A stretch of 33,616 nucleotides of DNA from Vermamoeba vermiformis (lineage: Eukaryota). Below are positions 11,508-23,182 of the stretch, piece after piece. The notes beneath the pieces are model-generated. The model saw only the letters and a list, made by a program, of their open reading frames with translations. It did not search any database and was not told the origin of the DNA. The stretch covers positions 1 to 33,616 of the forward strand of contig JBEWZL010000293.1 in NCBI GenBank assembly GCA_045837725.1, given 5' to 3'. Made by a program: the position numbers and the translations under genes. Position 1 is the first letter of the stretch, and every line of letters begins with the position of its first letter.

Positions 11508-14500
11508 ATGGGTAAGTAAAACCGCGGTTAAACTGATGCATAAACTAACCCAATTTGCAGAGAATAGAGCGACAGTGGATATTACGGCAAAGTACGAGGC
11601 ACTGACTGCTCATCTTCGAACTCTCCAATTTCACTTGCAGTCTCGGGGAATAGAGGCGCCAGAAGTTGACCGAGCTGTAGCAACACTAGCATATTATGAA
11701 AGACAAAATGCAACCGTCTTGTGTGGAGTGGCTGGAGCAGGCAAATCCACCTTGTTGAACATTTTACTGGGCTACAGCTACCTACCGACCACCAAGCCTG
11801 ATGAACCTGGACTCTCCGTCACTCCAATTGCTATAGAAGTCAGAAAAACGCGTTCTATAGGAGACAGAATCAAACTTGAAGTGCATTTGATTGACGACGT
11901 ATCTTGGAAAATCAAACGAGGAAGGAATATCTCTCCGGTAGAAGAGAAGAGCGAAGAAGTAACGGAAGCAAGTCAGAACTTTCTCAGCGCTGTTTTTGCC
12001 CAGCAGTCGGTTTTTGACTTCAATAACACATTCGACTGGAGTAACAACCTTGCTAACTTGAAAGAAGAGCAATTTGATGACCCGATTTCCGATTTCCTTC
12101 GTTCTACACGAGTGGTTACTGAATGGGATACAGTTCCTTCTGTTGTCAGCGACAAACTACAGAGCTATATTGATGATCGTCTGGCGCCATTGATCGTGCA
12201 GAAGATTGTCTTAATTGGAGCTTTCACCAACGGACACTTGCCAGAAGAAACAATTATATTTGATCTTCCTGGCAGCGGTGACATAAACGACGAAAAAGAA
12301 GACCAAAGACGAAAAATGCTAGTTAAAGCCCGGCGCGCCATTGTTGTGGTGCCACATAATACGAGATTTAAAAGCGTCAAAGATGCGGTCACCATGACTA
12401 ATGAGCTCTCCAACACCTACGTTGACAACACTGTCTCTCTTCAGGACCAGAGCTTGATAGTTTTCAATCGGGCATGGAGTAGAAAGAAGGGCCAGACCTT
12501 AGAATCAGCTTGGCAGGAATACCAGCAAAAAATCAGTGGTACGCAGCAATCAATATTGGCCAACTGTGCGTTTTTGGATGATAATGAAGTTGACCACACT
12601 GAATTCAACAAATTCTTTGACACGCAACTGGCTGTTATCAAGAGTTTTATTGCACAAATCAATCTCGAAAAAGAGAAAGCCTTCACACAAATTCTGGACC
12701 AATTGCGAATTGCTGCTTGGCGTCTTGGATCACAGAAAGCGCCATCACTTCCAGATATTCCAGAACAATTTAAGCAATTTCATGTGGGTCTATCCAAGCT
12801 AAAACATGCTTTAGTTGAGCAAGTATCCTGTGCACCAGCGAACGCAAGCTTGTTCAAAGAGACATTCGACAAGATTGTTCGCTGCTTCAGTCATAATTGG
12901 AAGTCAAGTGATGCCTTTGCTAGGTATCGTGGAGTGTATGGAGGACGTAAGTAAATTGACTTTTTTTTTCATCAATTATTAACAACACATCCGTAGGCTC
13001 AGGCAGTGCTGATGTACCACAAGACTTTGCTGATTTACTATTGGCAAGTCAGCAAATTGATTTTGGCTTATTGAATGAGCATCTGAGCAAAGTTTGGCAA
13101 ACCAATGCAACCAAGCAGTTCAACCAGTCTCTGAACAAAGCTATAAGGAATGCAATTCACTCCGTTATTTTGAACAATTATTCTGGATTTTTGTATGGCC
13201 CTTATTATGGCACTTCAAACTACATCAATGTCTTCATGGAAAGATTTTGGAGAGACTGGCCTACAATTAAGGAATTGGTCATTGCAGCAATTAAATTCCA
13301 GCTTAGTGAATTCAATACTCTGGTAGAGCAACGTGTCCTACTATTGACAACAATTCACCAGAATTCTCAACTAACGGTGGATCAAATGAAATCAGAAGTC
13401 TCTGCAACCCTTCCATTACCAAATCATCAAGCCATCCGTTGGATTATGAAATCTGTCTATCAACTATATAATATATGGATTCAATATCACCCTGGATACC
13501 AGTTTGCAGACTTGACAGCTGTAAAGCCAACTCAACTCTGGGAAAAGGAAGACAATGTTGAATACCTTAAACCAACCTTTACTTCATTTCTGCTGTTTGG
13601 CCAAGCTCTCCCATGGTTACCTCGATTTTCAACTCCAACAGTTATTGTCATACGCTACCTTGGTTTATCAAAGGAGCATGTAGAGGTATTGAAAAGATGG
13701 TTAGATCCACAGCTCAAACAATCACGAAAGTTGGAAATAACAGTAGATGTAACTGGAAATGACATTGATCAAGAATCATTGAACGAATTGAACTCCAAGT
13801 ATTCAGCATTGAAAGTTGAGTTCGTAGATTCCATCAAGTACACCGCAAGCTCTTTGGTTCCTGATGCTCCTAGCTGCCGAATTGGAATTGTCATTGGCAA
13901 TGCAAATTACAATGCTCCAATTGCTAGTTGTGCTAAGAATCAGCAGTCAGTACGCCAATTCCTGCAAGGCTTGAAGTTCACTATCTTGGAAACAAACGAA
14001 ATCAAAACACGTAATGAATGGAACTCGCTAATATTGCAACTGGAGGATCAGTTGAAAGAACAAACGTCACGAGCACTGATTGTATTCTACTACAGTGGCC
14101 ATGGGTGCATTGTCGAAGGAAAGCACTGCATAGTGTCCACAAGCAATGATATTATTCCGTTGACGAAGCTTTATCACATTTGCCAAACCAAAGATACCAC
14201 CAACATATTCATAATGGATTGCTGTCAAGCAGGCTTTAGTTCGGACCAAGTCGATGCTGCCATCGTTAAAGAAGCAAAAGACAAGTCCTTCCCTGCTCGC
14301 TTGCTTCGATCTTTTGCCAGCTGCCCGTTGAACTACGCCTATGCACCACTTGCAAACGTCAATACAGTATACACGCAGATCAATCTCAAGCATCTAGAGC
14401 GCGCTCATGCAACTAGACAATCGGTTGTAGAAGCATTGAGAGCTGCTGCCGATGAGTACGATCAATTGACAGATGTTCAGAAAGGTCAACCGTACATCTC

Positions 14501-14534
14501 CGTATCAGGAGCCTTCCCCTTTTTTAGCCTTTAA
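11508..14534 (+). CDS. Dynamin-superfamily (NUGGC/SLIP-GC-like) GTPase fused to a caspase-like C14 peptidase, ~975 aa, 3 exons
   Basis: Exons 11508-11511, 11561-12946 and 12997-14534 splice in frame. GTPase motifs: G1 GVAGAGKSTLLNILLG..LPT, G2 VT, G3 DLPG, G4-like FNR, plus HNWKS..A..RYRG. Peptidase motifs: IVIGNANY, FYYSGHG, FIMDCC, QPY. Confidence 0.85.
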
Positions 14535-14713
14535 GTTACAGCAATTGCAATGACAGTCATGACCGCTGTGCTTCCTTTCACTTTTCTTTCCCCTTAGTAA
14601 ACAATAAATCACTTCACGGCTTAACATCAAATAGTTCTCGTTCCAATCAATCTTGTTAGCATTATTTTAATATAAGTATAAAAAAAGATCGCAAACATAC
14701 ATGGCATCAGAGT

Positions 14714-16911
14714 TTAATTGAGGTAATCTCCGTCCAAAAAGTTTGCAGCTTCTTCATCCGTATCCACATGTTCATTTGTATCGTCATCAACGCTGATTGG
14801 CTTATCATAATCATTGCGAATAAGCACTAATATTAATACGGCCCCAATAGCGGTAATTATTCCGCCGAATATAAACACGAATTCGAAACTGTTCCATATT
14901 CTTAAGATTAGCGATGACGTGCCTGAATTAATCAACTGCGCAAAATACATCGCCAATGTGCTCGTTGCCAAATATAGACCTGTTAACCATATTTAGTAAT
15001 TCTTCATGGATTCAACAAATTCGCTCATAAAAAAACTTTACCTTTTTTGGCAGGAGTGTTCTGTACGCAAACAGCAGATATGCTCCAAGGAATAATGAAT
15101 AACTAAATATTACAAATATTAATATTATGGCACTAACAAATGGCTCGCTGAAGCGTTATGGATCTGCCTTGATTTTCAAGATATTGAATGCTTACCGAAA
15201 TAATGCTGGAACTCATCACCGCATTAATAACCAACGCTACAGGAAAAGATCTAACGAATAATGTAGCAAAGAAGGTCAAGGCCTTAAATTATCAAAATGA
15301 TTAGACGTCCAAAAACAACACTCTTGAATCATTAAATGACTTACGAATGATAGCTGAGCGAAGAAATAAACGGGCTTAACGCCAATCTTATTGACCATAA
15401 AGATCAATAACGGTGCATAAAAGAATGAAACGAGACTTCCAACAGCGGATCCGGTCGCAGCCAACATAACTCCGTTCTAATTATAAATAGGTTATTAATA
15501 TTCGCCAAAATGCGCGCTAGTAACTGTTAATGAAGCTTACGTTATATTTGTCGTGCGCTTCAGACCCATTAGGCGCGGATGGATCTCCACCAGCAATATA
15601 AATTCCGTACCAAGTCGATGAATAGAATGTCCAAGTAGAATAACCAAAGTACCCAAACAATTTAACGATAAAGTTTCTCTTCATTCGTCGAGGTAAGTTC
15701 GGCAACGCGAACACGACTTCCTAAAAAGGAAATAATTTGTAAGCGCCTGGATCTGCTTTGGTAGAATCGATAGAATAATGAATCTACGTTAAGTGCACTA
15801 TAATATGGATGTAATACTATATCTCTATTACGTTATAGACTTACCTTAATGCTGCCCCAAAATGAAATCTTCTTTGAAACCACGTTGTTTGTAGGTGGCT
15901 CCTTGACGAATATAATGCATAATAATGAGCATACTATGAGCAAGAATGACCCTAACGTCACCATCGCTCGAAGTTCGTTGCCCATAAACGGCAAGACCAT
16001 CATAATACTGAATGATACGTGCGGTATTTTGCCAGCAAGAAGTCCCGACAAAACTCCTCCGAGACTAGCAAAGCCTTAATAATACGTTATTAGCATTGAA
16101 CTTTAATGATATACGATTACTTACTGGCAATAAATCCATTGCCTGACTTTTGTTGCTGCGACGAAGCTCGATCCGCTAACAACGCGATAATTGCGGGCTG
16201 AAAGATACTCAAAGCGAAATCGAGGATCCAAAAGCTTGTTATAGCTAATGCTAGAGCAATAGCGGTCGAGTCTTCAGTGTCTAAGAAAATTATAAGCTCG
16301 TGTAACGGATTTGGATCGCGTTTTTTCGTACCACCGAGTAACGTTCCAAAATAATCAGAAAAGGCGAAGCATTCAAAGAATATGACAGTAGATATTGTGC
16401 CTAATACTATGAACGGCTTTCTTTTGCCCCATCTGTTACGCATGTGTCAGATTTTATTGCGGAAATTTAGCATAGAAATTTCCTTATTTGGATTTTACTT
16501 ACCGACCACGCCAATTATCGCTTACAGTTCCAATCAATGGCTGCGTTAGTATTCCTGATACTGGCCTACATAATTACGTTAATTCGATGCTCACTATTTT
16601 GAGAAGAATCAGAAAAAACGGATCTATTATTTCTCCGTTAATGCTTTGCTAAGCTAAGAAATTGATTATATTCAATAAATGTGGAGTATAATGAGGTCAT
16701 ATTATTTGCGTCGTGAGATTGCCGATAAATGAGAAAAAAAATTTTCGCTCGATCTACACTTACCCAGCGAGCCAGATCCAAGGCACGATCCAATTTTCTA
16801 GGCCCAAATTAAGTAATGTAGGTGTCGTAAATATCGATTGAATAGCGCGAACAAAAGCCCAGGCAAAGATCGGCAATGTTATTAAGAAGAGTTCTTTTTT
16901 GCTAGCCACTT
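14714..16911 (-). pseudogene. SLC45/SUT-family MFS sugar transporter, copy 1, lacking its start codon
   Basis: Same exons as copies 2 and 3 (WLAGPVSGILTQPLIGTVSD..RWGKRKPF). A ~300-bp deletion removes the ATG and first ~33 codons, and the frame has a stop just upstream of the junction. Confidence 0.7.
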
Positions 16912-18100
16912 TGTATCATATTGAATTGCCAGTTAACAATGCAAAATATGCACACTTGCTCAGGACTTCTCCACCATCAAGGAAAGCAGAGACGGATTCA
17001 CGTGGAACTTTTCTTCAAATGAAACATCAAACACTTCAAAAAAAATATTTGTTAGTAAGTAAAATACAAATATGCAAGCGTGCAGTATTATTGGGAAAAT
17101 AACTTGTTGGTGAACAAATCCAGATGGAAAACAATTAAACTTAATTTAATTGATTGTGTACCATCTCATTACTTACCGCATAATATTTTAAAGCCACCAA
17201 TACGCTATATTTAATAGTATGCAATATTTTAACGATTTTGTTGTGCCCAGTTCATCTCACCACCTTTTTAAACGGTCTTTAAGACCTTTAAACAAGCAAT
17301 TTAGCATCAAAAACTGCATTACAATCGTTTAATTTATCCTGCGTTGTTTGAGCGTTCGGCATTGTTTTCATTTTAAATTAATTTTTCGTGACCAGATGAA
17401 GAGAACACGCACGCATCTGATCACAAAAACATTAATTTAAAATGAAAACAATGCTGAACGTTCAACAACACAACATAAATTAAACGATTATAATGCACCG
17501 TTTGATGCTAAATTGCTTGTTTAAAGGTCTTAAAGACCGTTTAAAAGGTGCGATGAACTGGGCACAACAAAATCGTTAAAAAATTGCATACTATTAAATA
17601 TAGCGTATTGGTGGCTTTAAAATATTATGCAGTAAGTAATGGGATGGTACACAATCAATTAAATTAAGTTTAAATTTTTCATCTAGATTTGTTCACCAAC
17701 ACGTTATTTCCATAATACTGTACCGTAGTGTACGTTTGAATATTTGTATTTTACTTACTAACAAATATTTTTTTGAAGTGTTTGATGTTTCATTTGAAGA
17801 AAAGTTCCACGTGAATCCGTCGCTGCTTTCCTTGATGGTGGACAAGTCCTGAGCAAGTGTGCATGTTTTGCATTGTTAAATGGTAATTCAATTGTTACAT
17901 AATTCTAGTTCGTATTTACTTTTGTACGCTGCAACAATTACGAATGAAAAGTCAATTGAAATTATCAAATTCGCTGCGGCTGGCACAAATAATAGAATTG
18001 CAGAGCTAGAACAACTATTTATTATTAGTCTGCATCAGGAGACTACTGCAACAAATTTCTAAAAGAAGATCTAGGTTGACGAACGGGCATCTCGATCGTG

Positions 18101-20404
18101 ATGAGCCAGAAAAGCTACACGTTTGATACAGAACATATTAATTCAGATTTATATGAAGATAATCTCTTAAAATTTGATCGATATTCTTCGGGCCAAGAAC
18201 AAGTGGCCAGCAAAAAAGAACTCTTCTTAATAACATTGCCGATCTTTGCCTGGGCTTTTCGCGCTATTCAATCGATATTTACGACACCTACATTACTTAA
18301 TTTGGGATTAGAAAATTGGATCGTGCCTTGGATCTGGCTCGCTGGGTAAGTACAGATCGAGCAAAAAAACTTTTTTCTCATTTATCGGCAATCTCACGAC
18401 GCAATAATATGACCTCATTATACTCCATATTTATTATATTATCAATTTCTTAGCTTAGCAAAGCATTAACGGAGAAATAATAGATCCGTTTTTTCTGATT
18501 CTTCTCAAAATAGTGAGCATCGAATTAACGTAATTATGTAGGCCAGTATCAGGAATACTAACGCAGCCATTGATTGGAACTGTAAGCGATAATTGGCGTG
18601 GTCGGTAAGTAAAATCCAAATAAGGAAATTTCTATGCTAAATTTCCGCAATAAAATCTGACACATGCGTAACAGATGGGGCAAAAGAAAACCATTCATTG
18701 TGCTAGGCACGATATCCACTGTCATATTTTTCGAATGTTTCGCCTTTTCCGATTATTTTGGAACGTTGCTCGGGGGTGCGCTGAAAATAGTTAGATACAA
18801 ATCCGCTACACGAACTTAAAATTTGATTTAGATACCGAAGATTCGACTGCTATTGCCTTAACATTGGCTATAACGAGCTTTTGGATCCTTGATTTCGCTT
18901 TGAGCGTCTTTCAGCCTGCAATTATTGCTTTATTAGCCGATCGAGCTTCATCGCAACAACAAAAATCAGGCAATGGATTTATCGCAAGTAAGTACTAATA
19001 TCATATCTATATATAATATATAACGTTATATCATAAGGCTTTGCTAGTCTCGGAGGAGTTTTATCAGGACTTCTTGCCGGCAAAATACCGCATGTATCGT
19101 TCAGTATTATGATGGTATTGCCTTTTATGGGCAACGAACTTCGTGCAATGGTGACATTAGGATCGTTTCTGCTTATTATTTGCTCGTTATTGTGTATTAT
19201 ATTCGTCAAAGAGCCGCCAACGAACAACATCGTTTCGAAGAAAATTTCATTTTGGGGCAGCATCAAGGTAATGAATTAATACAACTATAGCTATAGTACC
19301 GTCATATTATAGTATTATTAATACGGAATTACTATTCTATTGCTAATTTCAATGTAGAAAAATGCTCTTACAAATTATTTCCTTTTTAGGAAGTCGTATT
19401 CGCGTTACCCAACTTACCGCGACGCATGAAAAGGAATTTTATCGTAAAATTATTCGGATATTTCGGATATTCGACTTGGACCTTCTATTCTTCGACTTGG
19501 TACGGCATTTATATTGCTGGAGGAGATCCATCCGCGCCCAACGGATCTGAAGCTCATGATAAATATAACGTAAGCATAATATAGACTAAATAGTATTATT
19601 TTATCGTAATTTAATGCTGTTTTATTTTTAGAATGGAGTTATGTTGGCTGCAACCGGATCCGCTGTTGGAAGTCTCGTTTCGTTCGTTTACGCACCAGTA
19701 TTGATTATTATGATCAACAAGATCGGCGTTAAACCTGTCTATTTCTTCGCACAGCTATCATTCGTAAGTCTATCGATCTTTTGCTGAAGTTTTGGATGTG
19801 GATCTGATATCGATGTATTTTACAGGCGTTAACATTCTTTGCTACGCTCTTTGTGAACTCTTTCCCCGTCGCTTTGATCATCAACGCACTAATGAGCATC
19901 AATATTATTTCAGTAAGTTTTCATCATAATCGAAAATTTGGTCGCGGATGCAGGTGCCAATCCGTAACTTCAGGAGAGCTAATATTGAATAATAATGCTA
20001 ATTTTGATTATTCGTAGCTATTTATTATTCCTTGGACCATATCAGCAGTTTGTGTTCAGAACACACCTGCCAAAAAAGGTAAAGTATTTTTACGATCAAA
20101 TTGAAATTCGACGAAGAATTACTAAATATGGTAATTAGGACTATATTTGGCAACGAGCACGCTCGCGATGTACTTTGCACAGTTAATTAATTCAGGCACG
20201 TCATCGCTCATCTTAAAACTGTTCAATAGTTTCGAATGGGTGTTTTTGTTCGGCGGAATAATTACCGCTATTGGCGCCGTATTAATATTAGTGCTTATTC
20301 GCAACGATTATGATAAGCCTATTAGCGTTGATGACGATCCCAGTGAGCTCGTGGATCCAGATGAAGAGGCGGCAAGATTTTTGGATGGCGATTACATCAA
20401 CTAA
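18101..20404 (+). CDS. SLC45/SUT-family MFS sugar:H+ symporter-like protein, copy 2, multi-exon
   Basis: Signature IWLAGPVSGILTQPLIGTVSD..GRWGKRKPF, FWILDFA..FQPAIIALLAD and GGDPSAP; multiple hydrophobic segments; GT-AG introns. Confidence 0.88.
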
Positions 20405-20451
20405 CGCAAACTTATAATTGTAATACTAAATAATATGCCCAGAGCAATTAT

Positions 20452-21175
20452 CTTCCCCGTCAGAAGCTTGAGGACGGAGTTTCGACCGGAGTTATAATTT
20501 CAATCAAAATTAATTATATTGGGGGTTTAAACTTTCACAAGGTGACTATATCGTTATAGTACCCTATTTGTACTACTTTCTTTATTAATTTTCGTCAGAT
20601 TCAACCTTCTAATTCAACAAACGCGGATCTGGTCGTTTTTTTTAGGGAGGCAAAATTTGCCGCCATTTAAGTAAGACCTCTGTTACAAAGCAAGTAATCG
20701 GGCGGTTGGCATATATATATTAATAGTTATTTAAATATCTATATTTTGAACCGAAAGGTCCTACTTTTTTTCGATCCGGTAAAAGTTAAACTCAAAATTA
20801 GCGGATCTGACCCAAAAAAGAGGGTCAAAAAAATGTGATTTTGCTTATATGAAAAAAAAAAGGGTATGTTTTCGGTTCAGATTGTACATATATGATATTA
20901 TATCGTAGTTCTTGGTTTTAATTTCCCAATAATCATTGCTGTAATGAGGACACTCATTCGGAAGCAACAATATTTTGTGCCCTCAATTTTGCGACTATAA
21001 TTAGAATGCAACCACTTGAGTACCAGTTGCATTCCGCTAAAATAATACGAACCATTATCTCCATCATTAAAATATAATTGCTAATAAAATTGGTGCTTAA
21101 ATTGCCCTCTTAATAAAATTTAATAAGAAATTTAACTCCGGTCGAAACTCCGTCCTCAAGCTTCTGACGGGGAAG
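20452..21175. mobile_element. Non-autonomous DNA transposon (MITE), 724 bp, 43-bp perfect TIRs, TTAT target-site duplication
   Basis: CTTCCCCGTCAGAAGCTTGAGGACGGAGTTTCGACCGGAGTTA at 20452 and its exact reverse complement ending at 21175; TTAT on both sides; empty site in the paralogous block at ~30551-30570. Confidence 0.92.
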
Positions 21176-21327
21176 TTATATTGAAATAATGTAGATATAA
21201 TTATTTAGCGAACATATAGCGATATCAAGTCTCGTCTTAACGATCAGATCGAGTCAAACTGCGCAACGTCAAATTAAGAGCAAAGTATATTTATGGGTCT
21301 AACAGTAAATGCAACTATATTAAGAGC

Positions 21328-22510
21328 TTATTTGCGCAAAAGAAGGGACAAAAAGTCGCTGGCGAAAGCGTTGGTGCAGGTCAACTTTGGATTCACCTTG
21401 TTGGGAGGAGCCTGAACAACAGCAACGTTAGTATTGCAGTGTAATTACTTAAGCGGATATTATCTTACGTAGATGGAAGGAGAGAAGGGACCAGAAACGG
21501 TATTGAAGAAGTTGAGTTGGAGATCTCCCAAGTACTCAATACCCTCAACGTCAATTTGGACAATAGTGGTGGTCTTAGTAGAGACCCAAATAGTGACAGG
21601 GGCAGTGTAGCCGAAGACAGCAGCTATTAACGAGAGTTAATAAGATGCTTTTTTTTTTTGATATTTCAAAACTCGTGTCAGATTGCAAGATCCGTGTCGT
21701 TTTCTTACCTTCGAACTCCCAGCCAGTGCAAGGTTTACCAGCGACGACCTTGTTGCCGACGAATGAAGCATTGGAAGGCAATTGGAAGGGGAAGAAGATC
21801 AAGAGGGAGGCAGGAACAGAGCCTAAAAGGTACGTGTTCGCATTAGTTCACGAAACAAAAACACAAAATACCGAACATTGGTAGGTTCACTGGAACTTTC
21901 CAAAATATCACAAATCGATCATATACTAATGCCTTAAAGCTTAATATGACTTACCAAAGTTCCAGCACAAAGGACCTTCGTACATGTAACCTTGAAACGA
22001 GCAAGATTAATTAAAGATTTGGCAAGTTTCTCATATTGGATTATGGCTCATACCAGTAGTAGTGCCTTGGCTAGCATCAGGAGAAGCAACGAGGTTGGTA
22101 TGGAAAGACAAAGGAACATCTAAATGTCAAGAATGTCAGTCTTAGCTCGATCGGATTTCGATCAGATTCTGCAACTTACACTCTTCACCACCGACTTCCA
22201 AGAAAGAGCCAGCGTTGACGTAATCCAAAGCAAAGAATCCCGAGACAAAGACGGGAGAATCAGTTGGGGAAACGTAGCCAGGCAAAACAACTGTCAAATG
22301 GTGAAATTAATTTCTGGATCTGAATCATCGCTTGTAATCTTGCCATACATTAAACTGCACGTTGCACAATTTAAGGACAATTTTATTATTATTATTTTTA
22401 AACTTACGCGTGAAGTTGGTGTAGAACTGTTGAGGAAGCTTTGGCGGGGTTTGGCAGAAGGCAGTGCCAACGACGCAGAGAATAGCAGCGATAACGATAA
22501 TCGATCTCAT
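21328..22510 (-). CDS. Ependymin-related (EPDR-like) secreted protein, copy 2, 7 exons
   Basis: MRSIIVIAAILCVVGTAFCQTPPKLPQQFYTNFT...; same exons and motifs as copy 1. Confidence 0.75.
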
Positions 22511-23182
22511 GTTTTAAGATTGTGGTTCAGTGCTTATCAATAAACAAATAAAATCAAGAATAAAATCTGTTTTTGTGCTTGCCAAACTCTTCGCAGGAAC
22601 TTTCTTATGGACCGGTGATGTCCACAAAAGTCCCTTTTCGGATTAATATTACGACCCTTATGCAAGGACTGAATCATGATTCAAGCATCTCGATAACCGG
22701 AATATACCTAAATGTAAAAGGGTGATAAATTCAGTCTTACCACCGAAAAAATTTATTATAATTATTATTATTATAATCATAAATATGGCAGTAATTAGTA
22801 AGTAAAAGCGAGTTCGAACGGAACAGATCGAGTACGTTGGGTGAGCTCACCATCAGACGAAGGCAGGATTAACAATACTCGTATGGTTTTGAAGCAAACA
22901 TGTTCATACGGGTATACCCTTACAGAAGTCTATTCAAATTCAACTGCATCCAGATGATTTAAACCACAGCTTATGACTTCGCGACTAGGCTTCGCTCAAA
23001 TACTTGAAGCTATTACACCGACGTACTGCTTAAGAAGCACCGCTCTATGACACATTTGTTACTTCTGGTGCTTCAGATCGACTGCTGGCCACCGAAATTT
23101 CAAATACACGTCACTTCTGGTCTATTCTATTGCCTTAAATAATCGCTAATTGAGTCTACTACTGATAATTTGAACATCAACG

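Larger units (their letters stand above)
14714..20404. repeat. Large imperfect palindrome (head-to-head inverted duplication) centred on a 15-nt spacer at 17399-17413
   Basis: ...GTGACCAGATG [15 nt] CATCTGATCAC...; non-coding sequence and the whole transporter gene mirror on both sides. Confidence 0.92.

Noticed and set aside
11536-11560. ATG at 11536 as the start of the GTPase-caspase gene
   Set aside because: It lies in a likely intron (GTAAGT at 11512, CTAAC branch site, TTGCAG at 11560); ATG at 11508 fits better.
16899-18062. Short ORFs in the palindrome centre
   Set aside because: Not kept open in the mirrored or third copies; non-coding.
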